64,000 nt of DNA. It comes from an uncultured Phycisphaerales bacterium (lineage in GTDB: Bacteria > Planctomycetota > Phycisphaerae > Tepidisphaerales > Tepidisphaeraceae). Positions 1-8,013 of the stretch are shown in pieces. A program made the position numbers and the translations under genes. The stretch covers positions 4,608,001-4,672,000 of the forward strand of contig CAVWVQ010000003.1 of assembly GCA_963758525.1 (NCBI GenBank). Direction: 5' to 3'. Position 1 is the first letter of the stretch, and each line of letters opens with the position of its first letter. The notes below the pieces were generated by a model. It saw only the letters and a program-made list of their open reading frames with translations, did not search any database and was not told where the DNA came from.

Positions 1-224
1 CGCTGGGTCATCAGCGCCACAATGTACGGCTGGCTGATCGACTGGCCCAGGCCGATCGGGGCGGCGCTGTCGGCATAGGCCTCGCGGCGCGATTTTTCGG
101 GAAAGAACTGTTCGCGCGGCACCGCACGCAGGGCGGACAGGACGCGTTCGTCGTGGATTCCCTTTTCGATGATCTGCTGCTGGATCATCTGTTGCAATGG
201 TGAGAGTTCTTCAACGTCATTCAT
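1..224 (-). CDS. pcm: Protein-L-isoaspartate O-methyltransferase, 5' part (runs off the window edge)
   Basis: Manual translation of the minus strand from ATG at 224: MNDVEELSPLQQMIQQQIIEKGIHDERVLSALRAVPREQFFP...AYADSAAPIGLGQSISQPYIVALMTQ, the typical Pcm N-terminus. Confidence 0.9.
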   Translation of the reverse strand, partial: MNDVEELSPLQQMIQQQIIEKGIHDERVLSALRAVPREQFFPEKSRREAYADSAAPIGLGQSISQPYIVALMTQ

Positions 225-309
225 CGGTATGCCATTGTAGGATCAATTCCGCTCAAAAGTAGAGCGCCGCACTGTTGCCGCGGGAAATTGTCACGTCTAT
301 CTTGAATCG

Positions 310-1068
310 ATGGCCGCCGCTTCTTTGCGCCCGATCATCACCTTGACCAGCGACTTCGGCACGCGTGACAGTTACGTCGCCCAGATGAAGGGGGTTCTGC
401 TGCACTATTGTCCGGCGGCCCATCTGGTGGATATTACGCACGAGGTTCGCGCATACGATATCGTGGCCGGCTCAATCGCAATTGAACGAGCGCTGCACAG
501 TTTCCCGGCTGGCACTATCCATCTTGCGGTGGTCGATCCAGGCGTCGGCAGTCATCGCAAGCTGCTCGTAGCGACGATCGCAAAGCAGACCATCATCTGC
601 CCCGATAACGGCCTGATCACCTGGGCGTGGCGCCTGCGCGGCGGTGGCAAGGGGTTTGAGCTCACCTGGCGGCCCAGCAGCTTCAGCAATACGTTTCACG
701 GCAGGGACATCATGGCTCCGGCCGCGGGGATGCTCGCCGCCGGCAGGAGAATGCGCGACCTGGCTTGCCCATTCGAGGCCCCGAGGCTGCTCGACATCGC
801 GCCAAGCAACTCAGACGCGGGCCGGGTGTTGCACGTCGATCATTTCGGCAACGCAACGACTAATATCCCGGGAAATAGCGTCGGCACGCGAGCCGTCCGA
901 ATCAAAGGAAAGTCCATCGGACTGCTTCGGGTCACCTATTCCGATGTTGCCAGGGGCAGGTTGCTGGCGCTGATCGGAAGCAGTGGTCTGGTCGAGATCG
1001 CCGTCCGCGAGGGATCGGCGGCAAAGAAGCTCAAGCTTCAAGTCGGTGACGAGGTTCGGCTTGTCTGA
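310..1068 (+). CDS. SAM-dependent chlorinase/fluorinase family protein (DUF62, SAM hydroxide adenosyltransferase)
   Basis: Motifs ITLTSDFG, DITH, VVDPGVGS, PDNG, TFHGRDI, DHFGN, GSSGLVEIAVREG. Confidence 0.92.
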   Translation: MAAASLRPIITLTSDFGTRDSYVAQMKGVLLHYCPAAHLVDITHEVRAYDIVAGSIAIERALHSFPAGTIHLAVVDPGVGSHRKLLVATIAKQTIICPDNGLITWAWRLRGGGKGFELTWRPSSFSNTFHGRDIMAPAAGMLAAGRRMRDLACPFEAPRLLDIAPSNSDAGRVLHVDHFGNATTNIPGNSVGTRAVRIKGKSIGLLRVTYSDVARGRLLALIGSSGLVEIAVREGSAAKKLKLQVGDEVRLV

Positions 1069-1080
1069 AGTACCCGGAAC

Positions 1081-2427
1081 ATGCATACCACAGAGCAACT
1101 CAGAAACCTCGATCGGCAATACCTCTGGCACCCGTTCACCCATATGAAGCAATGGCTCGCGGAGGAGCCGCTGGTCATCACCGATGCCGACGGTTGCTAT
1201 TTGATCGACAGCGACGGCAACCGGTATCTGGACGGCGTCAGCAGTCTCTGGTGTAACGTGCACGGCCATCGCGTCCCGGAAATAGACGCCGCGATTCGAG
1301 GCCAGTTGGACAAAGTCGCTCATTCCACCATGCTTGGCCTGGCGAGCGAGCCGGCGATCCGTCTGGGCGAGCGATTGATGCAGATTGTCCCGCGATCGCT
1401 GAAGAAGGTCTTTTATAGCGACAGCGGGGCGACGGCAACGGAAGTCGCGTTCAAGCTTGCCGCCCAGTACTGGTTCAACATCGGGCGGAAGGAAAAGTGC
1501 GAGTTCGTCGGCTTTTCCGAGGGATACCACGGAGACACGGTGGGGGCCATGTCCGTGGGACGGATGCCCGCGTTTCATGCGCCGCATTTTCCGATGTTGT
1601 TCCCCGCTCATTTTTGCCCTTCGCCATACGTCTTTCGCAGCCAAACCCCTGACGACCCGCAGGCCGTGAAACGATCGTCTCTCGACGCGCTCAAGCAATT
1701 GCTGGAGACGCGCGGCCAGCACATCGCCGCCGTATGCATCGAGCCGACCGTCCAGGGCGCCGGCGGAATCATCGTCCATCCCGAAGGGTTTTTGCGCGAG
1801 GTCCGGCAGCTCACTTCCGCCCACGACGTCCTGCTGATCGCCGATGAGGTTGCCACCGGCTTCGGGAGAACCGGACGCATGTTTGCGTGCGAGCATGAGG
1901 ACGTGGAGCCGGATTTGATGTGTGCCGCCAAGGGAATCAGCGGCGGTTATCTCCCCCTGGCGGCGACATTCGCCAGTCAGCGGATCTTCGAAGCATTTCT
2001 GGGCGAGCCGTGGGAAGGCAAAACTTTTTTCCACGGGCACACGTACACCGGCAATCCGCTGGCGTGCGCCGCCGCGCTGGCGTCGCTCGATTTATTTGAG
2101 AAGAACCAGCTTGTCGCCCGGGTCGCGAATAGCGCGTTGTCGCGTTTGCTGGATAAGTTCCATGAGTTGCCGTGGGTTGGAGAAGTGCGTCAAAAGGGGT
2201 TCATGGTGGGGATTGAACTCGTTGCCGACCGCGAACGGCGCGAGGCGTTTGACCCGCGCAAACGCATCGGCGCGCTGATTTGCTCCCGCCTTCGCCGCCG
2301 TGGCGTGATCATTCGTCCGCTGGGCGATGTGCTCGTTCTCATGCCCCCGCTTGCGATCACCGAGGAGCAGCTTCAGACGCTGGTCGATGCGGTGTTCGCG
2401 GAGCTGGCGGACTTTCATGATTATTAA
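1081..2427 (+). CDS. bioA: Adenosylmethionine-8-amino-7-oxononanoate aminotransferase
   Basis: WHPFT, SSLWCNVHGH, YHGDT, DEVATGFGRTG, AKGISGGYLPL, FFHGHTYTGNPLAC, RPLGD. Confidence 0.95.
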   Translation: MHTTEQLRNLDRQYLWHPFTHMKQWLAEEPLVITDADGCYLIDSDGNRYLDGVSSLWCNVHGHRVPEIDAAIRGQLDKVAHSTMLGLASEPAIRLGERLMQIVPRSLKKVFYSDSGATATEVAFKLAAQYWFNIGRKEKCEFVGFSEGYHGDTVGAMSVGRMPAFHAPHFPMLFPAHFCPSPYVFRSQTPDDPQAVKRSSLDALKQLLETRGQHIAAVCIEPTVQGAGGIIVHPEGFLREVRQLTSAHDVLLIADEVATGFGRTGRMFACEHEDVEPDLMCAAKGISGGYLPLAATFASQRIFEAFLGEPWEGKTFFHGHTYTGNPLACAAALASLDLFEKNQLVARVANSALSRLLDKFHELPWVGEVRQKGFMVGIELVADRERREAFDPRKRIGALICSRLRRRGVIIRPLGDVLVLMPPLAITEEQLQTLVDAVFAELADFHDY

Positions 2428-2533
2428 TTGAGAGAGGCAGCGCGATTCGCGACCAGAAATAAAGAGTCGATCAGGCGCAAGGCGCGAAGACAGACACGAA
2501 GGGCGGAAAGTCGGTTCGTCTTCTTTCTCGCGT

Positions 2534-3490
2534 TCAAATCGAAGTGGACGACGGTATCGACATATCAACCGGCTTCATGAAATCGGTGCTGCCGCGGCGG
2601 ATTTTGAGGGTTTCAAAGTCGAGCTCGCTGTTAATTTCAGCGCCGATCAGCAGCACCAGGGCATCGATGTAAAAAAAGAGCATAAGAATGGCGACTCCGC
2701 CGAGGGTGCCGTAGGTCTTCTCATATCCTTTGCCGCCGATGCGGTCGACGTAGAAGCGGAACGCCATTGCCAGAATCACCCAGACGACCACGCTGAAGAC
2801 CGCGCCGGGGGAGAGCCAGCGGAACGGGTGACGGATCGCCGGGCCTTTGTAATAGATGATCGAGAGGAGGGTCATCATGAACAGGAGGGAGAGTGCCCAG
2901 CGCGCAATATCAAACGCGATGATCGGGAGCGAAAGGCGCGTGGCATAGTCGATGTGAATCACCCATAGCTTGATGGCACTTCCGATGGGAAGCAGACACG
3001 CGACCAGCAGCAGAAGAATGATGACGATGATCGTGAGGAGAAGCGCCAGCGGTCGTTGGATGTAAAAGGGTCTGCCGCGTTCGACTTCGTAGCACCGATC
3101 GAGCGCGGACATAGTCATCGCCACGCCGCTGCTGGCAGCCCAGAGCGCCACGCCCAGGCCGATGTAAAGAAGCTTGCCGCGCGGCTGATAGAGGAGGCTC
3201 AGATAGTTGTCGTTGATATTGTGCCAGATCATGTCGGCAGACTCGGGGATCATCTGCCTGAGCTGGGCATGAATCTCAGATCTGGCCCGGGCCTTGGCGT
3301 AATTCGGCAGGTAGGGGAGCAGCGTCAGCAGGAAGATGAAGAATGGAAAGATGGCAAACAGCCACGAATAGGCCAGCGCCGCGGCCCAGGTCAGCAGATT
3401 GTCTTTCATTGTTTCATCGGCTACCCGCTTCAGGAAGCGGTACCAGCCGATACTCTTGACGACGCGCGGAAAATCGGAGAGCCGGGCCAT
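2534..3490 (-). CDS. YihY/virulence factor BrkB family membrane protein
   Basis: AAALAYSWLFAIFP, multiple TM segments, YGTLGGVAILM..Y..LIGAEIN. Confidence 0.9.
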   Translation of the reverse strand: MARLSDFPRVVKSIGWYRFLKRVADETMKDNLLTWAAALAYSWLFAIFPFFIFLLTLLPYLPNYAKARARSEIHAQLRQMIPESADMIWHNINDNYLSLLYQPRGKLLYIGLGVALWAASSGVAMTMSALDRCYEVERGRPFYIQRPLALLLTIIVIILLLLVACLLPIGSAIKLWVIHIDYATRLSLPIIAFDIARWALSLLFMMTLLSIIYYKGPAIRHPFRWLSPGAVFSVVVWVILAMAFRFYVDRIGGKGYEKTYGTLGGVAILMLFFYIDALVLLIGAEINSELDFETLKIRRGSTDFMKPVDMSIPSSTSI

Positions 3491-3543
3491 TGGGGCATTG
3501 TTTTCAACGTGCTGCGTTTGTCCATGACGCGGCCCACCTCTCC

Positions 3544-3859
3544 CTAGCCCCGCTCCGCGGCCGCGAAACGCAGAAGATTCGGCAGGAGTCGATCGGCGGC
3601 GGGATCGACGCCGAGGTTTTCAAGGATTTGCAATGCATTGAGCACGATGCTGCCGGCTCCGTGGTCGTGGACGGACAGCAGCACGCCGGAGCGGTATTCA
3701 TCGGGATGAATCCGGCAGAGGTGGGCCGCGCAGATGATCTGTCCGCCGGCGTCGACGTCGACAAAACCGGTGAGCGGAAGCAACCGGGCGAAGATGCGGT
3801 CGTCGAGGAGGCCTTGTGCGCCCAGGCCGTCGAGAATCGGGTGGTTGATTCCCCACGCG
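3544..3859. repeat. Direct repeat copy A: duplicated 3' end (~316 bp) of the GH2-like gene; copy B is at 17103-17418
   Basis: Near-identical to 17103-17418 (about 6 substitutions by eye); encodes the same ...AWGINHPILDGLG...LLRFAAAER* C-terminus. Confidence 0.95.
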
Positions 3860-4428
3860 GCAGCACCGCCGACGGATTGGCGTTGAGAATCGCCCGGCCG
3901 CTGCTGTCGTACTCGGTAAACGTGCCCCACATCTGGCCGGTGGTGGTGTCCATAGCAGCCCGTGGTTAAAGTCCCGCGCTATCCGATGCGCCGCGGATTC
4001 GGGCCGGGATCGAGGCGTCGAGACGCAGCAGTATTGCAGCTAAATACGGGGAAGTCTCGACAACGAAGAGCCCGGCCCGAAGTCGCAAGCAGCGGCCGCG
4101 CGACTTTAACCACGGGCTGCCAAAGACCGAAAGCATCAACTGGCCGTTGGAGTTGTAGTAGCTGATGTTCTGATTGCCGTCCGGCTGTGTTTCGACGGTT
4201 TTGTTCTGCCAGCTGTTGACTCCGGGGGCATTGCCGCTGACGGAGTAGCTTTCGGTGTAACTTCCCTGCCCGCCAGTGCAGGCGGAGCAGCCTTCGCCTT
4301 GCAGCGTCCGGCTCACCACCTGATCGGCCGAGTTATACCCCAGCGCGATGTCGGCATACGGCGCGATCTGGGCATCGGTCAGCGAATCGAGCGAAGTCGT
4401 CGGATACGCGGCCACGATGCGGGCCAGC
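3860..4428 (-). pseudogene. Internal fragment of an RHS/YD-repeat protein, interrupted by a 168-bp palindromic element
   Basis: TDAQIAPYADIALGYNSADQVVSRTLQGEGCSACTGGQGSYTESYS...NSWQNKTVETQPDGNQNISYYNSNGQLMLSVF|MDTTTGQMWGTFTEYDSSGRAILNANPSAV resembles planctomycete RHS cores; no start or stop of its own. Confidence 0.75.
3954..4121. mobile_element. 168-bp non-autonomous palindromic element (REP-doublet/MITE-like); an extra right half is at 4429-4494
   Basis: Perfect 19-bp inverted repeat gcagcccgtggttaaagtc (3955-3973) / gactttaaccacgggctgc (4102-4120); removing it restores the RHS frame. Confidence 0.8.
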
Positions 4429-4691
4429 CTCGATAACGAAGAGCCCCCCCGAGGACACAAGCAACGGCCGCGCGACTTTAACCACGGGCTGCCAGGGGGC
4501 ATACAGCCGCTTTACAATCCGGGATAACGCGAGTGACCGCTGGGCGGTCAACCCTTGTTTGTCGCTCGGAATCAGCCGTTCGCTTTACACGACTTTACAG
4601 AATTTTACGTGTTCGAGCGGTGCGTAAATAACAAGAAACCGCTTTCGTTACGACAATAAACAGATACGTTTCCCCGCCGATTCGGTGCTGG

Positions 4692-4767
4692 AATTCATCC
4701 GGCAGTTGCCGCGGTTGAGCACATGGAATACGTGATTGTCCGCCGAACATCTTGTACGCCGCGGCAT
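4692..4767 (-). pseudogene. 5' fragment of a Y1/HUH (RAYT-like) transposase
   Basis: Manual translation MPRRTRCSADNHVFHVLNRGNCRM matches the N-terminus of the intact copy (MPRTSRAAVGGLVYHVLNRGNGRL). Confidence 0.8.
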
Positions 4768-4809
4768 TGCCGCAGATTATCCCGAGAAATGGCCACCGTC
4801 AATAAGTAC

Positions 4810-4855
4810 GAGTGTCCCCCTTCGCGTTTTTCGAGTGTCCCCCTTCGCGTTTTTC
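4810..4855. repeat. 23-bp tandem duplication of the transposase-end motif (gagtgtcccccttcgcgtttttc x2)
   Basis: Directly visible, two exact copies. Confidence 0.9.
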
Positions 4856-4904
4856 GCCGGTGCAGGCGGAGCAGCCTTCGCCCTGCAGCGTCCGGCTCAC
4901 CACC
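4856..4904. repeat. ~48-bp second copy of the RHS fragment (VVSRTLQGEGCSACTG)
   Basis: Near-identical to ~4272-4320 (gtgcaggcggagcagccttcgcc.tgcagcgtccggctcaccacc). Confidence 0.85.
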
Positions 4905-5042
4905 GGCAGCGTGAGGACGCAAATGTCGAATGTATGTTTTTGAAAAAGTCGACGCCTCCCCTGACAGATCCCGTATACGAAGGCAAGTTCAGTGGCTGGT
5001 TTTGAGGCGCCCGGTGACACTTGGCAATCCCCGTGTAGCCCC

Positions 5043-5624
5043 CTACGGCCCCGATTTTCCAAAATCAGGGTCCGCCGTCTCAACTGTGATGACTGCGACA
5101 GGTGATACAACTTCTCCAGACTCCAAGATCTTTTCGATCGGTGGTCCGTCAAACTTTGGGACATTGCGAGAAACCCGGAATCGGTAGCTCCCTACCAAGG
5201 TCATATCCCACTCACGACTAATGTCGAGTTTATACTCGCGCCAGTCGCCCGGCCGTAGCTCGGGAAAACCAGTTGCCGTATCAAGCGCAATGCCTCCATC
5301 CTCTAGAAAGTGCCCGAAAGCTGTTCTATGTACAGGCTCGTCGTCGCGCCACATTTGCACTTGAAAATCCGACATCGCCCCAGTCTCCTTAAATGACAGC
5401 GGTCGCGCCGATACATTCTGAATTCTCACGCGGACAAGAACCTGTGAACCCGCCTGAGCGCCGCTTGGCGGGAAGATCATCAATTTAAAACCGTCGCCGA
5501 CGGCCTCCTCTGGTCCAGATGCGGCCAGGCCGCCGGTTCTTTTCTCACGTGAGCAGCCGCCACTAACCAGGCAAGTCACCGTCATGATCGCGACAAGAAT
5601 CAAGGATTCTCTAAATACGAACAT
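5043..5624 (-). CDS. Hypothetical exported/lipoprotein-like protein (possible partner or immunity protein of an orphan module)
   Basis: 193-aa ORF, hydrophobic N-terminus ending in GGC, beta-rich body, AT-richer codon usage. Confidence 0.6.
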   Translation of the reverse strand: MFVFRESLILVAIMTVTCLVSGGCSREKRTGGLAASGPEEAVGDGFKLMIFPPSGAQAGSQVLVRVRIQNVSARPLSFKETGAMSDFQVQMWRDDEPVHRTAFGHFLEDGGIALDTATGFPELRPGDWREYKLDISREWDMTLVGSYRFRVSRNVPKFDGPPIEKILESGEVVSPVAVITVETADPDFGKSGP

Positions 5625-5677
5625 CTTTAACCTCCGGACTCGCCGGCGCTACAAAACATCACAAAAAGTCACGTTCC

Positions 5678-5830
5678 CTAAAACTCAGTCGGCAGCGGTG
5701 TTACAGGTCCAGCTTCGTTGATAAAGAGGTTCCCATTACCTTGGGCAGAAAGCCAACTAGGCTCTGCCGTTGGCACCTCGCCCTTTGGGTTAACCGTCCA
5801 TTGAGGTACAGAATCCATCATCCAAGAAGC
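5678..5830 (-). pseudogene. Orphan C-terminal remnant of a larger protein, cut off at the transposase inverted repeat
   Basis: Open frame ASWMMDSVPQWTVNPKGEVPTAEPSWLSAQGNGNLFINEAGPVTPLPTEF* begins at the IR and ends 53 bp before the 5624 start. Confidence 0.4.
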
Positions 5831-6587
5831 TGTTAAGGTGACATCCACCGTTTTTATCTGCGTTTTTCCGGCATCTTCGGCCTGCCTCTCGGATTCAGAG
5901 TGTACTGCAGCCCCATCCGGCCCGCCATTTTCAGGGTCCAGGGATCGCTTCCCAGCGGCCGGCCACGCTCGAAGCTAAGTGCCACCCGTTTCACGGCGGC
6001 CGGATCCATCGGCTCGTTCACCAGCGCCGTCCAGTTTCGCGGGCGGTCGATCGGCCAATCGTCGAGCAGTTGTCTCGCCAGCTCTTTCTGGCAGCCCAGG
6101 CTCGACCAGTGCCAGTCCTGCGCCCGCTCCACCATCTTCGCCCGCAATGGATTGGCTTCCACATAACGCAGCAGTGTCAGCAAATGCCCATCTTCCTGGA
6201 CAACGAAGCTCTTGTAGCGGCCCTGATAGAGATGGCCGCTGGTCCGCCGATAATGAGCACGGTACCGCTTCGCGTGCGTATTGGTCAGCCAGGAGAAGTA
6301 CCTCGCCAGGTCCTGATCCCGACGCGGCCGCACCACCATGTGCCAGTGGTTGGACATCAGGCAGAAGCCGAAGACTTCGATCTCGGCCTCTTCCTTGGCG
6401 TCGACCATCAGATCGCAAAACGCCAGGAAGTCTCCCGGCTTGCGGAAGATCTCCAGCCGGCCGTTGCCGCGATTGAGAACGTGGTAGACAAGACCGCCGA
6501 CAGCTGCGCGGGACGTGCGGGGCATAGTTGGATCATAACTACGGCAAAAAGTCTGTCGATCAAAGATGGATGTCACCTTAACAGCTT
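5827..6587. mobile_element. Y1/HUH transposase element bounded by perfect 21-bp inverted repeats
   Basis: aagctgttaaggtgacatcca (5827-5847) and tggatgtcaccttaacagctt (6567-6587) flank the transposase ORF. Confidence 0.85.
5854..6525 (-). CDS. REP-associated tyrosine transposase-like Y1/HUH transposase (IS200/IS605 superfamily)
   Basis: YHVLNRGN, FCLMSNHWHMV (HUH), SGHLYQGRYKSF, RYVEANPLRAKMV (catalytic Tyr), WHWSS, C-terminal RGRP. Confidence 0.93.
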   Translation of the reverse strand: MPRTSRAAVGGLVYHVLNRGNGRLEIFRKPGDFLAFCDLMVDAKEEAEIEVFGFCLMSNHWHMVVRPRRDQDLARYFSWLTNTHAKRYRAHYRRTSGHLYQGRYKSFVVQEDGHLLTLLRYVEANPLRAKMVERAQDWHWSSLGCQKELARQLLDDWPIDRPRNWTALVNEPMDPAAVKRVALSFERGRPLGSDPWTLKMAGRMGLQYTLNPRGRPKMPEKRR

Positions 6588-6590
6588 TCC

Positions 6591-6787
6591 TAAGATCAGC
6601 GGCGGGAGCCGCAGCAGAAACGGCGCGGCGGCATGGGCGACGCTTTGCTCGCTGCTCCGCACGGCCGATCAGCAGGGCCAGAATCTGCTCGAGACGATCA
6701 AGGCGATGTTAATTGGAGCATGGGCCGCCAAGCGGCCGCCGACCATGCCGGCGGGGCCGTGACTGGAGCGGCACGCTAAACAGTTAC
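6591..6787 (+). pseudogene. IS66-family transposase 3' fragment plus IS end
   Basis: KISGGSRSRNGAAAWATLCSLLRTADQQGQNLLETI resembles the IS66 TnpC C-terminus; ends in gctaaacagttac (6775-6787; reverse complement starts GTAAC). Confidence 0.75.
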
Positions 6788-6882
6788 CGGGGTTTACGGG
6801 CCATACCATCAGCTCAATCGGCAGGAAAGGCTGATGACCCCTTTCCTCACCCAGAAGCTGGCCTGACCCCCTTCGCATTTTC

Positions 6883-6993
6883 CGCTCGAAGGCGGCAAAG
6901 TCGCTGTCCCGGCGGAACATGACCATCCGTCCCACCGCGATTGAGCACATGGTAGACCAGACCGCCGGGAGCGACGCGAGGAGGGCGAGGCAT
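6883..6993 (-). pseudogene. 5' fragment of a second Y1/HUH (RAYT-like) transposase, frameshifted and truncated
   Basis: MPRPPRVAPGGLVYHVLNR / VGRMVMFRRDSDFAAFER, then abrupt end at the repeat motif. Confidence 0.85.
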
Positions 6994-7056
6994 GCTGAGA
7001 AAGGTAAATTCCGGAGCACCCCGTGTCAAAATAACTAGCTGCGTCCCCGTTTCAAT

Positions 7057-7268
7057 TTTCTGCAAACGGCCAAGCTGCACGGAACGAACGCGATTCAATT
7101 CATGGTGAAGCTGCTGACCGAGCCGACAGAGAAGGCGATGGCCGCGCTGTTTGCCAGCGGCCCGTGAGCCTGCGGGCGCGGCCTTCCCCCAGAATTAAAA
7201 ACGACTCGAATTCGCCCCGACGAATCTCGATCTACGCCGTCACGCGTGCGCTGGGGCTAAACTGTTAC
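7057..7268 (+). pseudogene. Second IS66-family transposase 3' fragment plus IS end
   Basis: Manual translation FLQTAKLHGTNAIQFMVKLLTEPTEKAMAALFASGP* (stop at 7167); gctaaactgttac at 7256-7268. Confidence 0.65.
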
Positions 7269-7403
7269 CGGAAAATGACGGATGTCACGTTTGCAGCTTC
7301 CAAGTTTCTACAGAGAGGTTTCAGTAATGCTTCAGCTTTGCATGACATCCTCCTCTCGCGAGCTTAACTTGGCGCAATCCCGTTAGAATTTTCTGCGCGG
7401 CGG

Positions 7404-7997
7404 CTAAACTGTTACGCTGCCGGAATTTGTTTCTACCGGGCGTCCGCACTCGGAACAGCGGATCGGATTGCCTCGGAGATCGTAACCGCAATTCCTGCAG
7501 CGACCTTCCACCGATCTGTGACGTTTGAACGCCCGGACAAGCAGCAATAGCGTGACGGCGACGAGAAAAGCTTCGGGCCACCAGAGCGATAGCCTTAATA
7601 GACAGACTGAACCTCGAACGTTCATATACGAGAATCCCAAGAACGAAAAATTTGTTCCGTTCCGCGCCGAGTATTTTGGAGCTGGGCGCCAGCCGCCTAA
7701 GGTTCGAGGACGCGTCCACGCAATTATTATGTTCCCCTCTGCGACGGCAAGGTCCTGGGGGCCTTCCACCGAGTAGGACCATGCCGATGAACCGGTCCAA
7801 TCAGACCCGATGAAGAGCAGCGCCTCACGGTTGGAGGTGAATAAGCCGAGTTTCTCATCCCCCGACATCGTCATGCTGAGCATGTCTGTCACAAAGGCGC
7901 CTCGGATAATTTCGAAGGACAAAAGCACGAGTAGGCAGATCAGTAAAACCAACGCTGCCATAGCTCGAACAGAAGTTCCTTGTCGCAAACGCGTCAT
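7404..7997 (-). CDS. Hypothetical membrane protein with C-terminal zinc ribbon (CRNCGYDLRGNPIRCSECG)
   Basis: Two TM segments and CxxC...CxxC; starts 16 bp after the stop of the giant surface protein; stop overlaps an IS66-like end (7403-7415). Confidence 0.75.
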   Translation of the reverse strand: MTRLRQGTSVRAMAALVLLICLLVLLSFEIIRGAFVTDMLSMTMSGDEKLGLFTSNREALLFIGSDWTGSSAWSYSVEGPQDLAVAEGNIIIAWTRPRTLGGWRPAPKYSARNGTNFSFLGFSYMNVRGSVCLLRLSLWWPEAFLVAVTLLLLVRAFKRHRSVEGRCRNCGYDLRGNPIRCSECGRPVETNSGSVTV

Positions 7998-8013
7998 CGG
8001 CCAATTCTCGGCG

